Under the pieces are notes generated by a model, which worked only from the letters and a program-made list of their open reading frames with translations, searched no databases and was not told the DNA's origin. The position numbers and the translations under genes were made by a program. 64,000 nt of DNA from Nitrospirales bacterium (GTDB lineage: Bacteria; Nitrospirota; Nitrospiria; Nitrospirales; UBA8639). Shown here one piece after another: positions 40,351-49,691 of the stretch (within the stretch, counting starts at the first letter, position 1; each line of letters starts with the position of its first letter). The stretch covers positions 576,001 through 640,000 of the forward strand of contig CBDCWC010000003.1 in assembly GCA_965223295.1 (NCBI GenBank). Direction: 5' to 3'.

Positions 40351-40418
40351 TAGCTGAAACGTCAAAACCATCGTCAATAGAGGGGAAATGTCTCCCTAGA
40401 ATCGGCCATTATCAACAT

Positions 40419-40714
40419 CTGAGCACAATTTCTGTGGACAATTTTTCCAGGACGGTCAATAATCCATTTTTTTATTTTTTTTCGAAAACAAATAGAAAAA
40501 TGAATGTCAAGAATAAACATCATTCTACCTTTAAGACGATGCCAAAAAATTTACACCACAAAATATAGTGGTTTAAAAAAAAATCCATACAATGCCTAAT
40601 TTTTATGCAATTAGCTCATTTGCATGTGAATACTGTAGGAATCGACTGTAGGACTGCCAGAAGACCCCATGTTATCCACAAAATTTGGGGAATAAATTTA
40701 TCTAGATATGGTCT
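40419..40714. promoter_or_regulatory. AT-rich cluster of NrdR-box-like and DnaA-box motifs
   Basis: CCACAAAATATAGTGG (40556-40571), TATCTAGATATGGTCT (40699-40714), perfect TTATCCACA (40672-40680), TGTGGACAA (40433-40441), minus-strand TTGACA (40505-40510). Confidence 0.55.
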
Positions 40715-40935
40715 ACATTTTGCCCGATTGAAGATACGCATATTTTTGATTTCTTAGAAACAACACTCCCCGAAAAACTACCTTTTTCTCTTCACGGTAT
40801 TTCTCCAGACATCTGAAAAAATCATTCAAAATCAAAGGTATTTTCCCATGGTTTGTTATCTGGGAGATATTCACCCATGTATCTAATTTTCACAGAGAGC
40901 TAATTCTGCTCTTCGGATAGATTTTTTACCTGCAT

Positions 40936-41130
40936 GGGGCTGTTGAAAAAAGCTGCCAGCAGCGTTCTCCCCATTTTTCCGTGCTCACGTCATGCCAGGA
41001 CGATCCGCGCGAAAAAATGGCTGCGGCCTTGCTGGACAGCCTTTTTTGAACCGCCCCGAACCTTTTGATCGCCCTCGGCTTCTTGGAGAACTATGACTCT
41101 TGATATCGTCATTATTATTCAACACTCCCC
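40936..41130. repeat. MITE-like element, subtype 1 (inverted core), with tail
   Basis: ggggctgttgaaaaaagc...ccatttttccgtgctcacgt...ttttttgaaccgcccc, outer end ttcaacactcccc. Confidence 0.85.
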
Positions 41131-41296
41131 TGCATATCTTTTGACAAACAAGAAGCTCCGTCTTTTTTCTAACATGATGGGACTTTGGGTAGTCTACGTT
41201 GACCTTTTTTTTCTATTTTGATACAAAAATTCTAGTTTTTCTTTATTTTCTTGTCTTAATCTTCTTTAAACAGTGGTGTAATTGGAGGGCTTGATG

Positions 41297-41893
41297 ATGT
41301 CCAAACACAGGCAACCACTTTGGACAACACAGCAACCCAGACAAGCATTTTTGACAAGACGGCTTTTCCTAAAATCATCAGTGGCTGGGTTACTAATTGC
41401 CAGCAGTCGATTCCTCTTTCCAGATTCAGCCCCAGGACAGGCACTCCCGGAAGGGCAACTTCGTTTCTATAATGTGAATACGAAAGAACGGCTGGAAGTG
41501 AGGTATCGGAGTCGAGCCGGAGAGTACAATCAATCGGCACTAGATACTTTGAACTACTTTTTACGATGTCCTCACACAAACCAGGTCTGTGAAATAGACT
41601 TGCACTTGTTGGAACAAATCAATCAGATTGAAAAACAGGTGGGGAAAGGGAAAGAAATTCGTATTTATTCAGCGTACCGCTCTCCTTCCTATAATAATTT
41701 GTTGATTCGGCGTGGGCATGGAGCAGCCCCAAAAAGCTTGCATACCATGGGGAAAGCCATTGATTTTTCTATCCCAGGCATTCGACTCTCAACCGTACGT
41801 CGAGCAGCCTTTCACCTCAAACAAGGTGGAGTTGGGTATTATCGCCGCCAAGGCTTCATCCATCTCGATACTGGCCCTGTCCGCTATTGGTAA
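41297..41893 (+). CDS. YcbK/MepK-like (DUF882, peptidase M15) Tat-exported peptidoglycan peptidase
   Basis: Tat motif TRRLFLK; SAYRSP.YN, SLHTMGKAIDF, GGVGYY, FIHLDTG. Confidence 0.9.
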   Translation: MSKHRQPLWTTQQPRQAFLTRRLFLKSSVAGLLIASSRFLFPDSAPGQALPEGQLRFYNVNTKERLEVRYRSRAGEYNQSALDTLNYFLRCPHTNQVCEIDLHLLEQINQIEKQVGKGKEIRIYSAYRSPSYNNLLIRRGHGAAPKSLHTMGKAIDFSIPGIRLSTVRRAAFHLKQGGVGYYRRQGFIHLDTGPVRYW

Positions 41894-41927
41894 GTCTGTT
41901 TGAAAATCATCCCCTATCCGACCAACA

Positions 41928-42743
41928 TTACCCTTCTGCCTTGACCATATGAAGTGTCCGTTGCGGAAAGGGAATCGTGAGCTTTTCACTGTCAAATTGT
42001 TGCTTCAGAGTTTTCGTAAGATCAAACTTAACCGGCCAGTAATCCCCAGCTCTGCACCAGACACGGATCGTGAGATCCACTGAGCTCTCTCCAAGGTTCC
42101 CCACAACGACCATAGGAGCTGGATCTTTGAGAATCCGTACATCTGCCCCTGCATTTTGCTTCACAACATTGATCGCTTTGTCAATATCGTCTCCGTAATC
42201 AATCCCCATCACTAAGTCCACCCGCCGGGTCTCATGATGGCTATAATTTTTGACCACCGTACCCCAGACCTGGCTGTTCGGCACGAGAATCTGTACATTA
42301 TCAGGCGTGGCCAATTCCGTCACAAATAAGGTGATAGACTTGACCGAACCCGCAATACCTGCCGTCTCAACAAAGTCCCCCGCTTTAAACGGTCGAAAAA
42401 ACAAGAGCATCACGCCAGCTGCGACATTGCTCAACGTCCCTTGTAAGGCCAAACCAATGGCTAAACTGGCTGCGCCCAAGACTGCGATCAAACTTGTTGT
42501 TTCAATGCCAAATTGCGACAGAACGGCTAGAATGGTCGCAATAAGCACGACATACCGCGCCAGATTGGCCAGGAACCCCTTCAACGTTTCATCGACGTTT
42601 CCTGACCAACTGAGCCAATTTGCCACTCTTTTCTGAACCCAATTGGCCACCATTTTCCCAACAATCAAAATAGCAATGGCGCCAATTACCCTCAGTCCAT
42701 AAGTCGTGAGTAAGGTGAGGCCTTCTTTCATCGCTTCTTCCAT
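41928..42743 (-). CDS. mscS: Small-conductance mechanosensitive channel
   Basis: GAASLAIGLALQGTLSNVAAG, RPFKAGD, VPNS, IPFPQR. Confidence 0.93.
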   Translation of the reverse strand: MEEAMKEGLTLLTTYGLRVIGAIAILIVGKMVANWVQKRVANWLSWSGNVDETLKGFLANLARYVVLIATILAVLSQFGIETTSLIAVLGAASLAIGLALQGTLSNVAAGVMLLFFRPFKAGDFVETAGIAGSVKSITLFVTELATPDNVQILVPNSQVWGTVVKNYSHHETRRVDLVMGIDYGDDIDKAINVVKQNAGADVRILKDPAPMVVVGNLGESSVDLTIRVWCRAGDYWPVKFDLTKTLKQQFDSEKLTIPFPQRTLHMVKAEG

Positions 42744-42945
42744 AACACTCCTCCTTCAATTGAAAAAACCGGGAAATTGTACGATGGCACGACAAATCAC
42801 TATCAATGCCTCCACTGAAATCAAGTGGTCGACATTCCTAAGGAAGTAATTGATAAGAGAGCCAAAGTAAAAGAATAGAGAACAGGGTAAGCAGAGGACA
42901 TGATCACATGAACGTCGTTCTTGTAACCCAGACCATCAGGCATTG

Positions 42946-42972
42946 GGCAGGGCCACCTTTGTGGCCCTGCCA
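42946..42972 (-). terminator. Hairpin downstream of the CmpX-like gene
   Basis: ggcagggccac-cttt-gtggccctgcc. Confidence 0.55.
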
Positions 42973-42990
42973 CACGAAAGAAGTTGGTCG

Positions 42991-44454
42991 CTATCGTTCT
43001 CCACGCAACCGGCCGAGCCAATGTTCCATCTGTTTTCCCGCGGCTTCACGTCCACCAAGACCAAATGACAGGGCCACGGCCACTGCAATGGCTCCAAGAG
43101 TTAATCCGAACGCGAGGTTCACGATATCATCAGCCAAACCCATAGCCCGCAACCCCATGGCCAGCACAAGACCTAGAATCGCAAATCGTGCAATTCCCGC
43201 CAACATCCCAGCCTGGCTGCCCTGTATTCGTTGAATCCCCTCATAGGCCACGTTCGACAACCAAAACCCTACTCCAATGATCGCACTGCCCAATAATACT
43301 TGGCCGCCAAATTGGATAAACATGGCAACTAATTCAGATATTTGTACAAAACCTAATCGATTGGCCGCCTCAACAACCGCAAATAACATAATGAAAAATA
43401 CCACAATCTTCCCAACCATTTGAGAAGGGGTTACCGTCCCCTGAAACACTTGCTGGAGCCCCACTTTCACTGGAAGATTGTCCAGCCCCATCCCTCCTAA
43501 TAAGCTGGTTAAGAGATTGGAAATTAACCGTGAGACTAAAAAGGCGACAGTCAAAATAATCGCCGCAGCAAAAATATTCGGAATGGCACTCATCATGGAA
43601 TTCAACATTTGGGTCGCGGGAACGGTAATCACGTCAATATTGAGGGCTTGAAGAGCCGCAATCAACGCGGGCACCAAAATGAGAATATATACAACCAAAC
43701 CCACCAAATGTGATAAGGACATAGTGCCATGAAGACCAGCTCGTTCCCCTATCCCATCGGCCCCACTTGCGGCCAAGAGATTACTCACCAAATCTCGAAC
43801 GATTTTGGCCACAAACCAGCCGACACATCCAATGATCAGCGCTCCAAAAATATTCGGAACCATCCCCAACATTTCATTGACCATATCTTGGACAGGAGCT
43901 AACAATCCATTGAGTTCCAACGTACCAAGGATCGCAGGCAGGAATAGTAAGATAATCAGCCAAAACAACACGTTCCCTAAATTATCACTCATCGGACTCA
44001 TCCCAGCATTGGACGTGAGCGTGTCATCCAACTTTGTGGCCTGCAACCCCTTACTCACGACTGTACGAACAATAGTTGCCAGAACCCATGCCACTAAGAG
44101 CAACACGCCGCCAGCTACCAGCTTCGGAACAAAAGCCAACACTTGATCGAGCAGTCCTCGAAGTGGCCCGGACACTAATTCCAAATTTAAGGCGTTAAAA
44201 AATCCAACCAAGACAAGTAACAACACTAAATAAAACAAGGCAGAGGCCGTCCCCCCTTCAACATCCATCGACGATCCAGTTGTTGTCCCAAGACGCTTAT
44301 TCAACTCAAGAGCCTCAAGCCCTTTCCTAACCCCCGCTCGAATCGCGACGGCCACAAACCACCCGATAATAAGAACGCCGACCGCCCCAAGAACACCTGG
44401 AAGTGTCGATCCAAGCGTTTCCTGTAATGTTTCTGTTAATTTGGTCATGTCCAT
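42991..44454 (-). CDS. CmpX-like membrane protein with four MscS TM-helix repeats
   Basis: Repeated P.I.GA..I...GW.VA units; C-terminal ALSFGLGGREAA; AAGGAG RBS before ATG 44454. Confidence 0.85.
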   Translation of the reverse strand: MDMTKLTETLQETLGSTLPGVLGAVGVLIIGWFVAVAIRAGVRKGLEALELNKRLGTTTGSSMDVEGGTASALFYLVLLLVLVGFFNALNLELVSGPLRGLLDQVLAFVPKLVAGGVLLLVAWVLATIVRTVVSKGLQATKLDDTLTSNAGMSPMSDNLGNVLFWLIILLFLPAILGTLELNGLLAPVQDMVNEMLGMVPNIFGALIIGCVGWFVAKIVRDLVSNLLAASGADGIGERAGLHGTMSLSHLVGLVVYILILVPALIAALQALNIDVITVPATQMLNSMMSAIPNIFAAAIILTVAFLVSRLISNLLTSLLGGMGLDNLPVKVGLQQVFQGTVTPSQMVGKIVVFFIMLFAVVEAANRLGFVQISELVAMFIQFGGQVLLGSAIIGVGFWLSNVAYEGIQRIQGSQAGMLAGIARFAILGLVLAMGLRAMGLADDIVNLAFGLTLGAIAVAVALSFGLGGREAAGKQMEHWLGRLRGER

Positions 44455-44819
44455 GGATAACTCCTTTTTTGAAGATTCACTGTGGTTGACCAACGATTTG
44501 GACAGCTATTAATCGGTAAGGAACTCAAGAGAGAAAAAGTCCAGGTTAGCAAACAGATACGTTCTTCCTTTCACCTAGACCGACACGTTCTTGCAGTCAG
44601 AAATTTTAACTGAAAGAATTCCATTATATATGCAGCTTTTTTGTCTATCCTGTCGTAAAAGTCTTTTTTACGCAAGGGGTTGAAGAACATTATCTTCAAA
44701 AAACCTTGAGAAGATCCATGATGGGTTGTGGGTAGAGAAAGATCAAAATTGAGAGACAGGTAGGTATTGAGCAAAATTGTTAGCTTTGCCACTCAGCACA
44801 GCGGCAGGAACATTAGGGC

Positions 44820-44928
44820 AAAAAAAAGCCCTGGGGCAACTTCCACATCCTCATTTCGACTGACGAAAGGGTACCCCCTCTAAAGCCCCCCTCGTCACGA
44901 AACAAGGAATTAGGAAATCGCCCTGGGC
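44820..44928 (-). other. About 100-nt imperfect long hairpin ending in a U tract (extended terminator or 3'-derived sRNA)
   Basis: Nested pairings gccc/gggc, ttcc/ggaa, tcct/agga, ttcg/cgaa, tgacga/tcgtca; minus strand ends in a T8 tract. Confidence 0.5.
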
Positions 44929-44991
44929 AAATTCTTTTCTCTCAGCGGCTCAAAAACTTTCAACTCTTTTTGTGAGAAATCTCCCCATGAT

Positions 44992-45564
44992 CTACCGCGA
45001 CCAAACCTGCGCCATGGCTTGCCCAATTTTCCGGTAATCCAGAGGCTTCCATAAAATTTGGTAGGCGCCGTTGTTAAAAAATTGAGCAAAATTCATACTC
45101 CACTTCTGATCCGCCAACACAACAAAGTACACACCTCTCTGAACAAATTCTTGTACCCGGAGTCGAATGTGATCAGATTCACTGTCTCCCAAATACGATC
45201 CATCTATAAAAACGACCTGCTTCGATGAAGGAATTTCGTTCCAAAACACATCTTGGCAGTCTGACACATCTTTACTTTGAAATCCTTGAAACCTCAAAAT
45301 TCCTCGAAGAAATCCCCGAACCAATGGATCTGGCGAGAGAATACAAACCTCTCTACAATTTTGAGATGTCAACGTCACGCCCTCCCCAATGCCTGGTCCG
45401 AAGTTGTCAAACTGTTCATCCTCAATTGGGCAAAGCATTGAAGCCTGAACCGTTTTTCTGCCTTGTTCCATAGATGTACCCCAGCTAGAATTTCTCGGCT
45501 CATGCACCACAGCAGATAATGTATGTTCATTGCTTATCGCTTCGTGTGTCATGTTGTTCACCAT
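44992..45564 (-). CDS. Atypical receiver-domain-like protein
   Basis: C-terminal half follows the CheY-fold pattern (CILSPDPLVR...VFIDG...VVLAD...ILWKPLD) but lacks the N-terminal acidic pair. Start uncertain (ORF is open to 45612). Confidence 0.6.
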   Translation of the reverse strand: MVNNMTHEAISNEHTLSAVVHEPRNSSWGTSMEQGRKTVQASMLCPIEDEQFDNFGPGIGEGVTLTSQNCREVCILSPDPLVRGFLRGILRFQGFQSKDVSDCQDVFWNEIPSSKQVVFIDGSYLGDSESDHIRLRVQEFVQRGVYFVVLADQKWSMNFAQFFNNGAYQILWKPLDYRKIGQAMAQVWSR

Positions 45565-45680
45565 CGTCCTTGGAGAAAAAATATGGTTACTCAATCTATA
45601 TTGACGTTCCATGACTATCAGGATCTTGAAAAAATTCAGTTGAGTAATTCGTTCTCTTAATTACTTTCCATTCTTCCATT

Positions 45681-45805
45681 CCAAAAACAGTGCCAAACAT
45701 AACATGTTGAATTTTAAATATATTTTACATATTCACCAAACATAAAAATCTCATAAAGACACAATTGAGTGTGTCAGACTGTCTCAACAAGAACGACCTG
45801 ACACA
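45681..45805 (-). promoter_or_regulatory. Candidate sigma-54 promoter with upstream activator sites
   Basis: Minus-strand TGGCACTGTTTTTGG (45681-45695), AT-rich spacer, inverted TGTGTCAG/CTGACACA (45770-45805) and GACACA/TGTGTC (45758-45775). Confidence 0.5.
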
Positions 45806-45918
45806 ACACAGAGCTATGGTTTTTGGGAAGTCTACGAACAAGAAAGAAAGGAAAAAAGAACGGAACCCAGTTCCCTTTAAAAAAAAAGAGAACAAGGTTC
45901 CACACATGCTGGAAGGAC

Positions 45919-46977
45919 TTAGGATTCGAAAGCGTACCCAAGGGTAAAGAGATATTGCGTATCAGTCTTTTTAGCTCCAGGCGCTGGCGTATTATCACGC
46001 CGCCAATTCACCTGAAACGTCGAAATGAAATTCTCTACCATGGTCCAACGCAAACCTTGCTGCGAGGTGATGTAATAGTCGCTTCTTTTTTCTAAGGAAG
46101 GATAGCCCTGGTGTTGGTGGAACAAGGTCAAGGAAGGCAAGACCGGCCAATTGAAGTTCACAGCCCATCGACCGGTAACATTACTTCTATCTTCTGCCCG
46201 CTTGAAATCTTCATTGAAAAATCCGATGCCCAGTTCAACCCCCAACTGCATTTTCGAAAAATACGGACTAGAGAAATCCCCTTCGTCGATAAGCTGATAT
46301 CCCGGACCCGTAAACACTGATGTTCGGAGATTCAGATCTTGAAACGTATCTTGTTCAAACAAGGCTCCCGCATAAGCATAGAACCGTTTAGTCACAAAAA
46401 AGTCTAGTTTAATGGTCCCAAAAGCATTACGCGCGTTTAATTCTCCGCTCGTTTCAGTATATAAATATCTTCCTAAAATTGTCAGTCGCAACCGGTCGCT
46501 TCTGGCAATCAGCTCACCAAGAAAGTTGTAGGTCTCTAGTTCGGTATTTCCCTTAACAATTGCGGCACCAAAATTCAAATTTCCTGTATAGGTCACAGAT
46601 TTTTTGATTGGTGGATTCACAGCCATCACAGACTCTAAGGCGACGGGAATGGGTTCACTGAGCATATCCGTTCTAATTCCAAGTGTCCCCGGCCCCAGCA
46701 TCGTGGGTTTTCCTTGGAGAACGGTCCCACTATTCAGGACCACAGTGACGGGATCTTCAGAGGTCAACCCATCAACCTCTGACCATTTAATTTTTATTGG
46801 ATCCCCATCATGAAATACCGTGTTAACTGTAATAAACCCTTTCGTCATCTCCAGAATTTCAACATAGAGTTCGCTTCCATCCTTTAAAGAAAGTTTTCCA
46901 AAAGGTTCCGCCATACCCTTAACAGGTATCAGACCTATCGTAAGAAACATGGCCCATGCCAAAAGCTTCCTGCTCAT
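45919..46977 (-). CDS. DUF481-family outer membrane beta-barrel
   Basis: Signal peptide, GNTE, FQDLNLRTSVFTGPGYQ, DNTPAPG, C-terminal LGYAF. Confidence 0.85.
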   Translation of the reverse strand: MSRKLLAWAMFLTIGLIPVKGMAEPFGKLSLKDGSELYVEILEMTKGFITVNTVFHDGDPIKIKWSEVDGLTSEDPVTVVLNSGTVLQGKPTMLGPGTLGIRTDMLSEPIPVALESVMAVNPPIKKSVTYTGNLNFGAAIVKGNTELETYNFLGELIARSDRLRLTILGRYLYTETSGELNARNAFGTIKLDFFVTKRFYAYAGALFEQDTFQDLNLRTSVFTGPGYQLIDEGDFSSPYFSKMQLGVELGIGFFNEDFKRAEDRSNVTGRWAVNFNWPVLPSLTLFHQHQGYPSLEKRSDYYITSQQGLRWTMVENFISTFQVNWRRDNTPAPGAKKTDTQYLFTLGYAFES

Positions 46978-47237
46978 TGGACCTCCTTGTATGGTGAAAT
47001 AAACAGAGTAATTACCCGTATTTGAGGCATGATGCCCTCAAAGATTCATAGACGAATGACGAGGAAGATAATTGATCGGGAGGGGGTGACTGAACCAATA
47101 AACTGTACTGAAATCTTTTTCGGATTGTGCACAATAATTTTTAACCGCTACTCACAAAACACTTTACCATATAGAATACGGCGTTTTTGGGATTGGCACA
47201 ACCTTTTCGTGGGAAAATTTTTATTGTGATTTGAATA

Positions 47238-49004
47238 TTATTCCACAGCTATTCCTAAGTCGTTCAGACGACGGTACAGAGTGGATCGACTGACACCAAG
47301 AATTTTTGCTGCGCGTGAACGTTTCCCTTGGGCTTGTTCCAAGGCCGACAGGATCTCTTCTCGCTCATCCTTGGGAGAATGTTTCCCGACTCTCATCTGC
47401 TCCGCTGGCGTGGCGATTTCTGGCGGAAGATCGGATGGCTGAATACTTGAGCCACAACAATGGATCAACGCATAGTCAAATGTACCTTTGAGTTCTCGAA
47501 CATTTCCTGGCCAATCATATCGCAGCAATGTATGCATAGTATCTTGGGCAATCTCTCGTACGTCATGTTTCTTTGTAATCGCCCGAGCATGAGCTAGGAA
47601 TGCTTCGCTCAGTAAGGGAATATCTTCACGCCGTTCCCGCAAGGGAGGAAGCTCCAGTCGTGCTACACGAATTCGATACAGCAAATCAGCCCGAAACGCT
47701 CCCCTATCAACCAAAGCTTGTAAATTCTGATTCGTGGCGGCAACAACACGAACATCAACTTTTCGTGCGCGAGACTCACCCACACGAATAATTTCTCCTT
47801 CCTGTAATACACGCAACAATGTCGTCTGAATCGTGAGAGGCATATCCCCTATTTCATCCAGAAAAATTATGCCCCCATCAGCGGCTTCAAAAAAACCTTC
47901 ATGGTCAGTAGCCGCTCCCGTAAATGCTCCACGTTTATGCCCAAATAACTGGCTTCCCAATAACGAGTCCGTCAGCCCCGCACAATTTACCGCTATAAAG
48001 ACCTTGTCCTGTCTGACACTTAATCGATGCAGGGCTTTGGCAACCAGTTCTTTCCCTGTTCCAGTTTCCCCTTGGATCAAGACCGGGACATCAACAGGAG
48101 CAATATCCTGAATTTTTTTGTAAATATTCTGCATGGCCGGACTTTTTCCAATGAGATTTTCAAAATGGGCAGGGCCCGTCAGTTGTCGTCGAAGAGATTC
48201 AATTTCTGTTTTATCTTGAAAGAAGAGAATAATCCGTCCAGAATCTCGCGGATCATCATGCACATCCACTTCAATTTCTAGCCATGCCTGATGTTTTTTC
48301 TGTAACGAAAGGCCCACAGGGCTGCGATGACTATCGGTCAAACGTATTTGTTCCTGCACTTGTTGGTACTGTTCCTCGGTGAACGGCAAAGAATCAGTCC
48401 ACAACGAACCCACGAAGGCCTTGGAATCTATGGCTAACAAATCGCATACGGCCGGACTGACATAGGTAATGCTCCCCCTGGCATCAACCATTACCGTTGC
48501 CAGTTGTAAGTGGTCCAGCACAGCCATCACCTCATCGCGAATATGCTCACTTTCCGCAAGCTGTACTTGAACATGTTTTCGAACCTCACGTTCCTGGCCG
48601 TGCAATAAGTGATCTTCCCGTGCTTTCTGCAGGATCGGTTGCAACGGCACTTGCTCTGGTCTAAACCGTTGGATAATCAAAAAACGCCGTGTACCCTGAA
48701 TGAGTGCCGTGGCTTCCATATAACTCTCATCCTTCAGAAGAGCCTGTTCGCTCCATAGTCCTGATGACACCATCCCCTGTTCATGGGTTTCCCAAAACTT
48801 TGTGGCCTCAATCAAAAAACACGGCAGGAAACATGACTGGAGGACAAAATCTGTGGGATCAATTAAGGCATGATCTGAAGAAGCGGAACGAGGATACCAA
48901 CTCGGAACAACCCCAATGGTTCGGTATTCAGCCCCTGATTCAACTTCCAGGATCAAGGCATCAAAAACGTTCAGAATTTCCGAGTAAGGATCTTGGGTAT
49001 TCAT
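47238..49004 (-). CDS. PAS-containing sigma-54-dependent activator with unknown N-terminal domain
   Basis: GETGTGKE, SQLFGHKRGAFTGA, FLDEIG, WPGNVREL, Fis-type HTH; PAS-like middle region; no receiver domain. Confidence 0.93.
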   Translation of the reverse strand: MNTQDPYSEILNVFDALILEVESGAEYRTIGVVPSWYPRSASSDHALIDPTDFVLQSCFLPCFLIEATKFWETHEQGMVSSGLWSEQALLKDESYMEATALIQGTRRFLIIQRFRPEQVPLQPILQKAREDHLLHGQEREVRKHVQVQLAESEHIRDEVMAVLDHLQLATVMVDARGSITYVSPAVCDLLAIDSKAFVGSLWTDSLPFTEEQYQQVQEQIRLTDSHRSPVGLSLQKKHQAWLEIEVDVHDDPRDSGRIILFFQDKTEIESLRRQLTGPAHFENLIGKSPAMQNIYKKIQDIAPVDVPVLIQGETGTGKELVAKALHRLSVRQDKVFIAVNCAGLTDSLLGSQLFGHKRGAFTGAATDHEGFFEAADGGIIFLDEIGDMPLTIQTTLLRVLQEGEIIRVGESRARKVDVRVVAATNQNLQALVDRGAFRADLLYRIRVARLELPPLRERREDIPLLSEAFLAHARAITKKHDVREIAQDTMHTLLRYDWPGNVRELKGTFDYALIHCCGSSIQPSDLPPEIATPAEQMRVGKHSPKDEREEILSALEQAQGKRSRAAKILGVSRSTLYRRLNDLGIAVE

Positions 49005-49179
49005 GTGTTAGTTGTTTTCACATAGCTTGATTTTTGAAGAAGACAAGAAACTCCTCTTTTAACTAAACACTTAGAGGGATAGATGAAACCAAGAGTCGAG
49101 GAGGTAGTCCCAAGCCCTGCTGCCAACCAGATGACGTGCCATCTGACCTACTGCAGCTTGAGGAAAAGAAAAACTCTTG

Positions 49180-49680
49180 TTATTGGACCTTAAGCATCTG
49201 CTTGGTCAGTTCAATAAAGGCCAATTCAACACCCTCTCCAGTCTTGGCGCTGGAGTGAAGGACAAGACAGGCATCATGAGCCAAATCTTCATACATCTCA
49301 GGGTCGACTTGCCATGATTCACGAAGATCGTATTTATTGATGACAAGGACATACGGAACAGATCCCAGAGATTGGATAGCTATCTGGTGCAAAACACGCG
49401 CACCCTCGAGTGACTCTTGCCTTGTTCCATCAATTACCAATAAATATCCTGCTGAACCATGCAAGTATGAGGCCCGCACTTTCTGGTAGTCATCATCCCC
49501 ATACAGATCCCAAAGGATCATTAAGATTTCTTGACCAGAAAGGTGAACAGTCTTTTGATCAATTCTGACGCCAATGGTGGTATGGTATTTTTCTGAAAAC
49601 TGGCCAGTGACAAATCGCTTCACCAAACTTGTTTTTCCGACAGCAAATCCACCCAGCATGCAAACTTTTTTTTTAATCAC
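49180..49680 (-). CDS. Rab-like small GTPase (prokaryotic Ras superfamily)
   Basis: G1 GGFAVGKTS, G2 YHTTIG, G3 WDLYG, G4 NKYD, G5 SAK; 166 aa; no prenylation motif. Confidence 0.92.
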   Translation of the reverse strand: MIKKKVCMLGGFAVGKTSLVKRFVTGQFSEKYHTTIGVRIDQKTVHLSGQEILMILWDLYGDDDYQKVRASYLHGSAGYLLVIDGTRQESLEGARVLHQIAIQSLGSVPYVLVINKYDLRESWQVDPEMYEDLAHDACLVLHSSAKTGEGVELAFIELTKQMLKVQ

Positions 49681-49691
49681 TCCTTGCCCTT

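Noticed and set aside
40380-40935. Chromosomal oriC
   Set aside because: Few strong DnaA boxes, no dnaA/dnaN/gidA context, and by eye the + strand stays C-rich on both sides.
47193-47210. Sigma-54 site TGGCACAACCTTTTC
   Set aside because: It lacks the -12 GC and points away from the downstream DUF481 gene.
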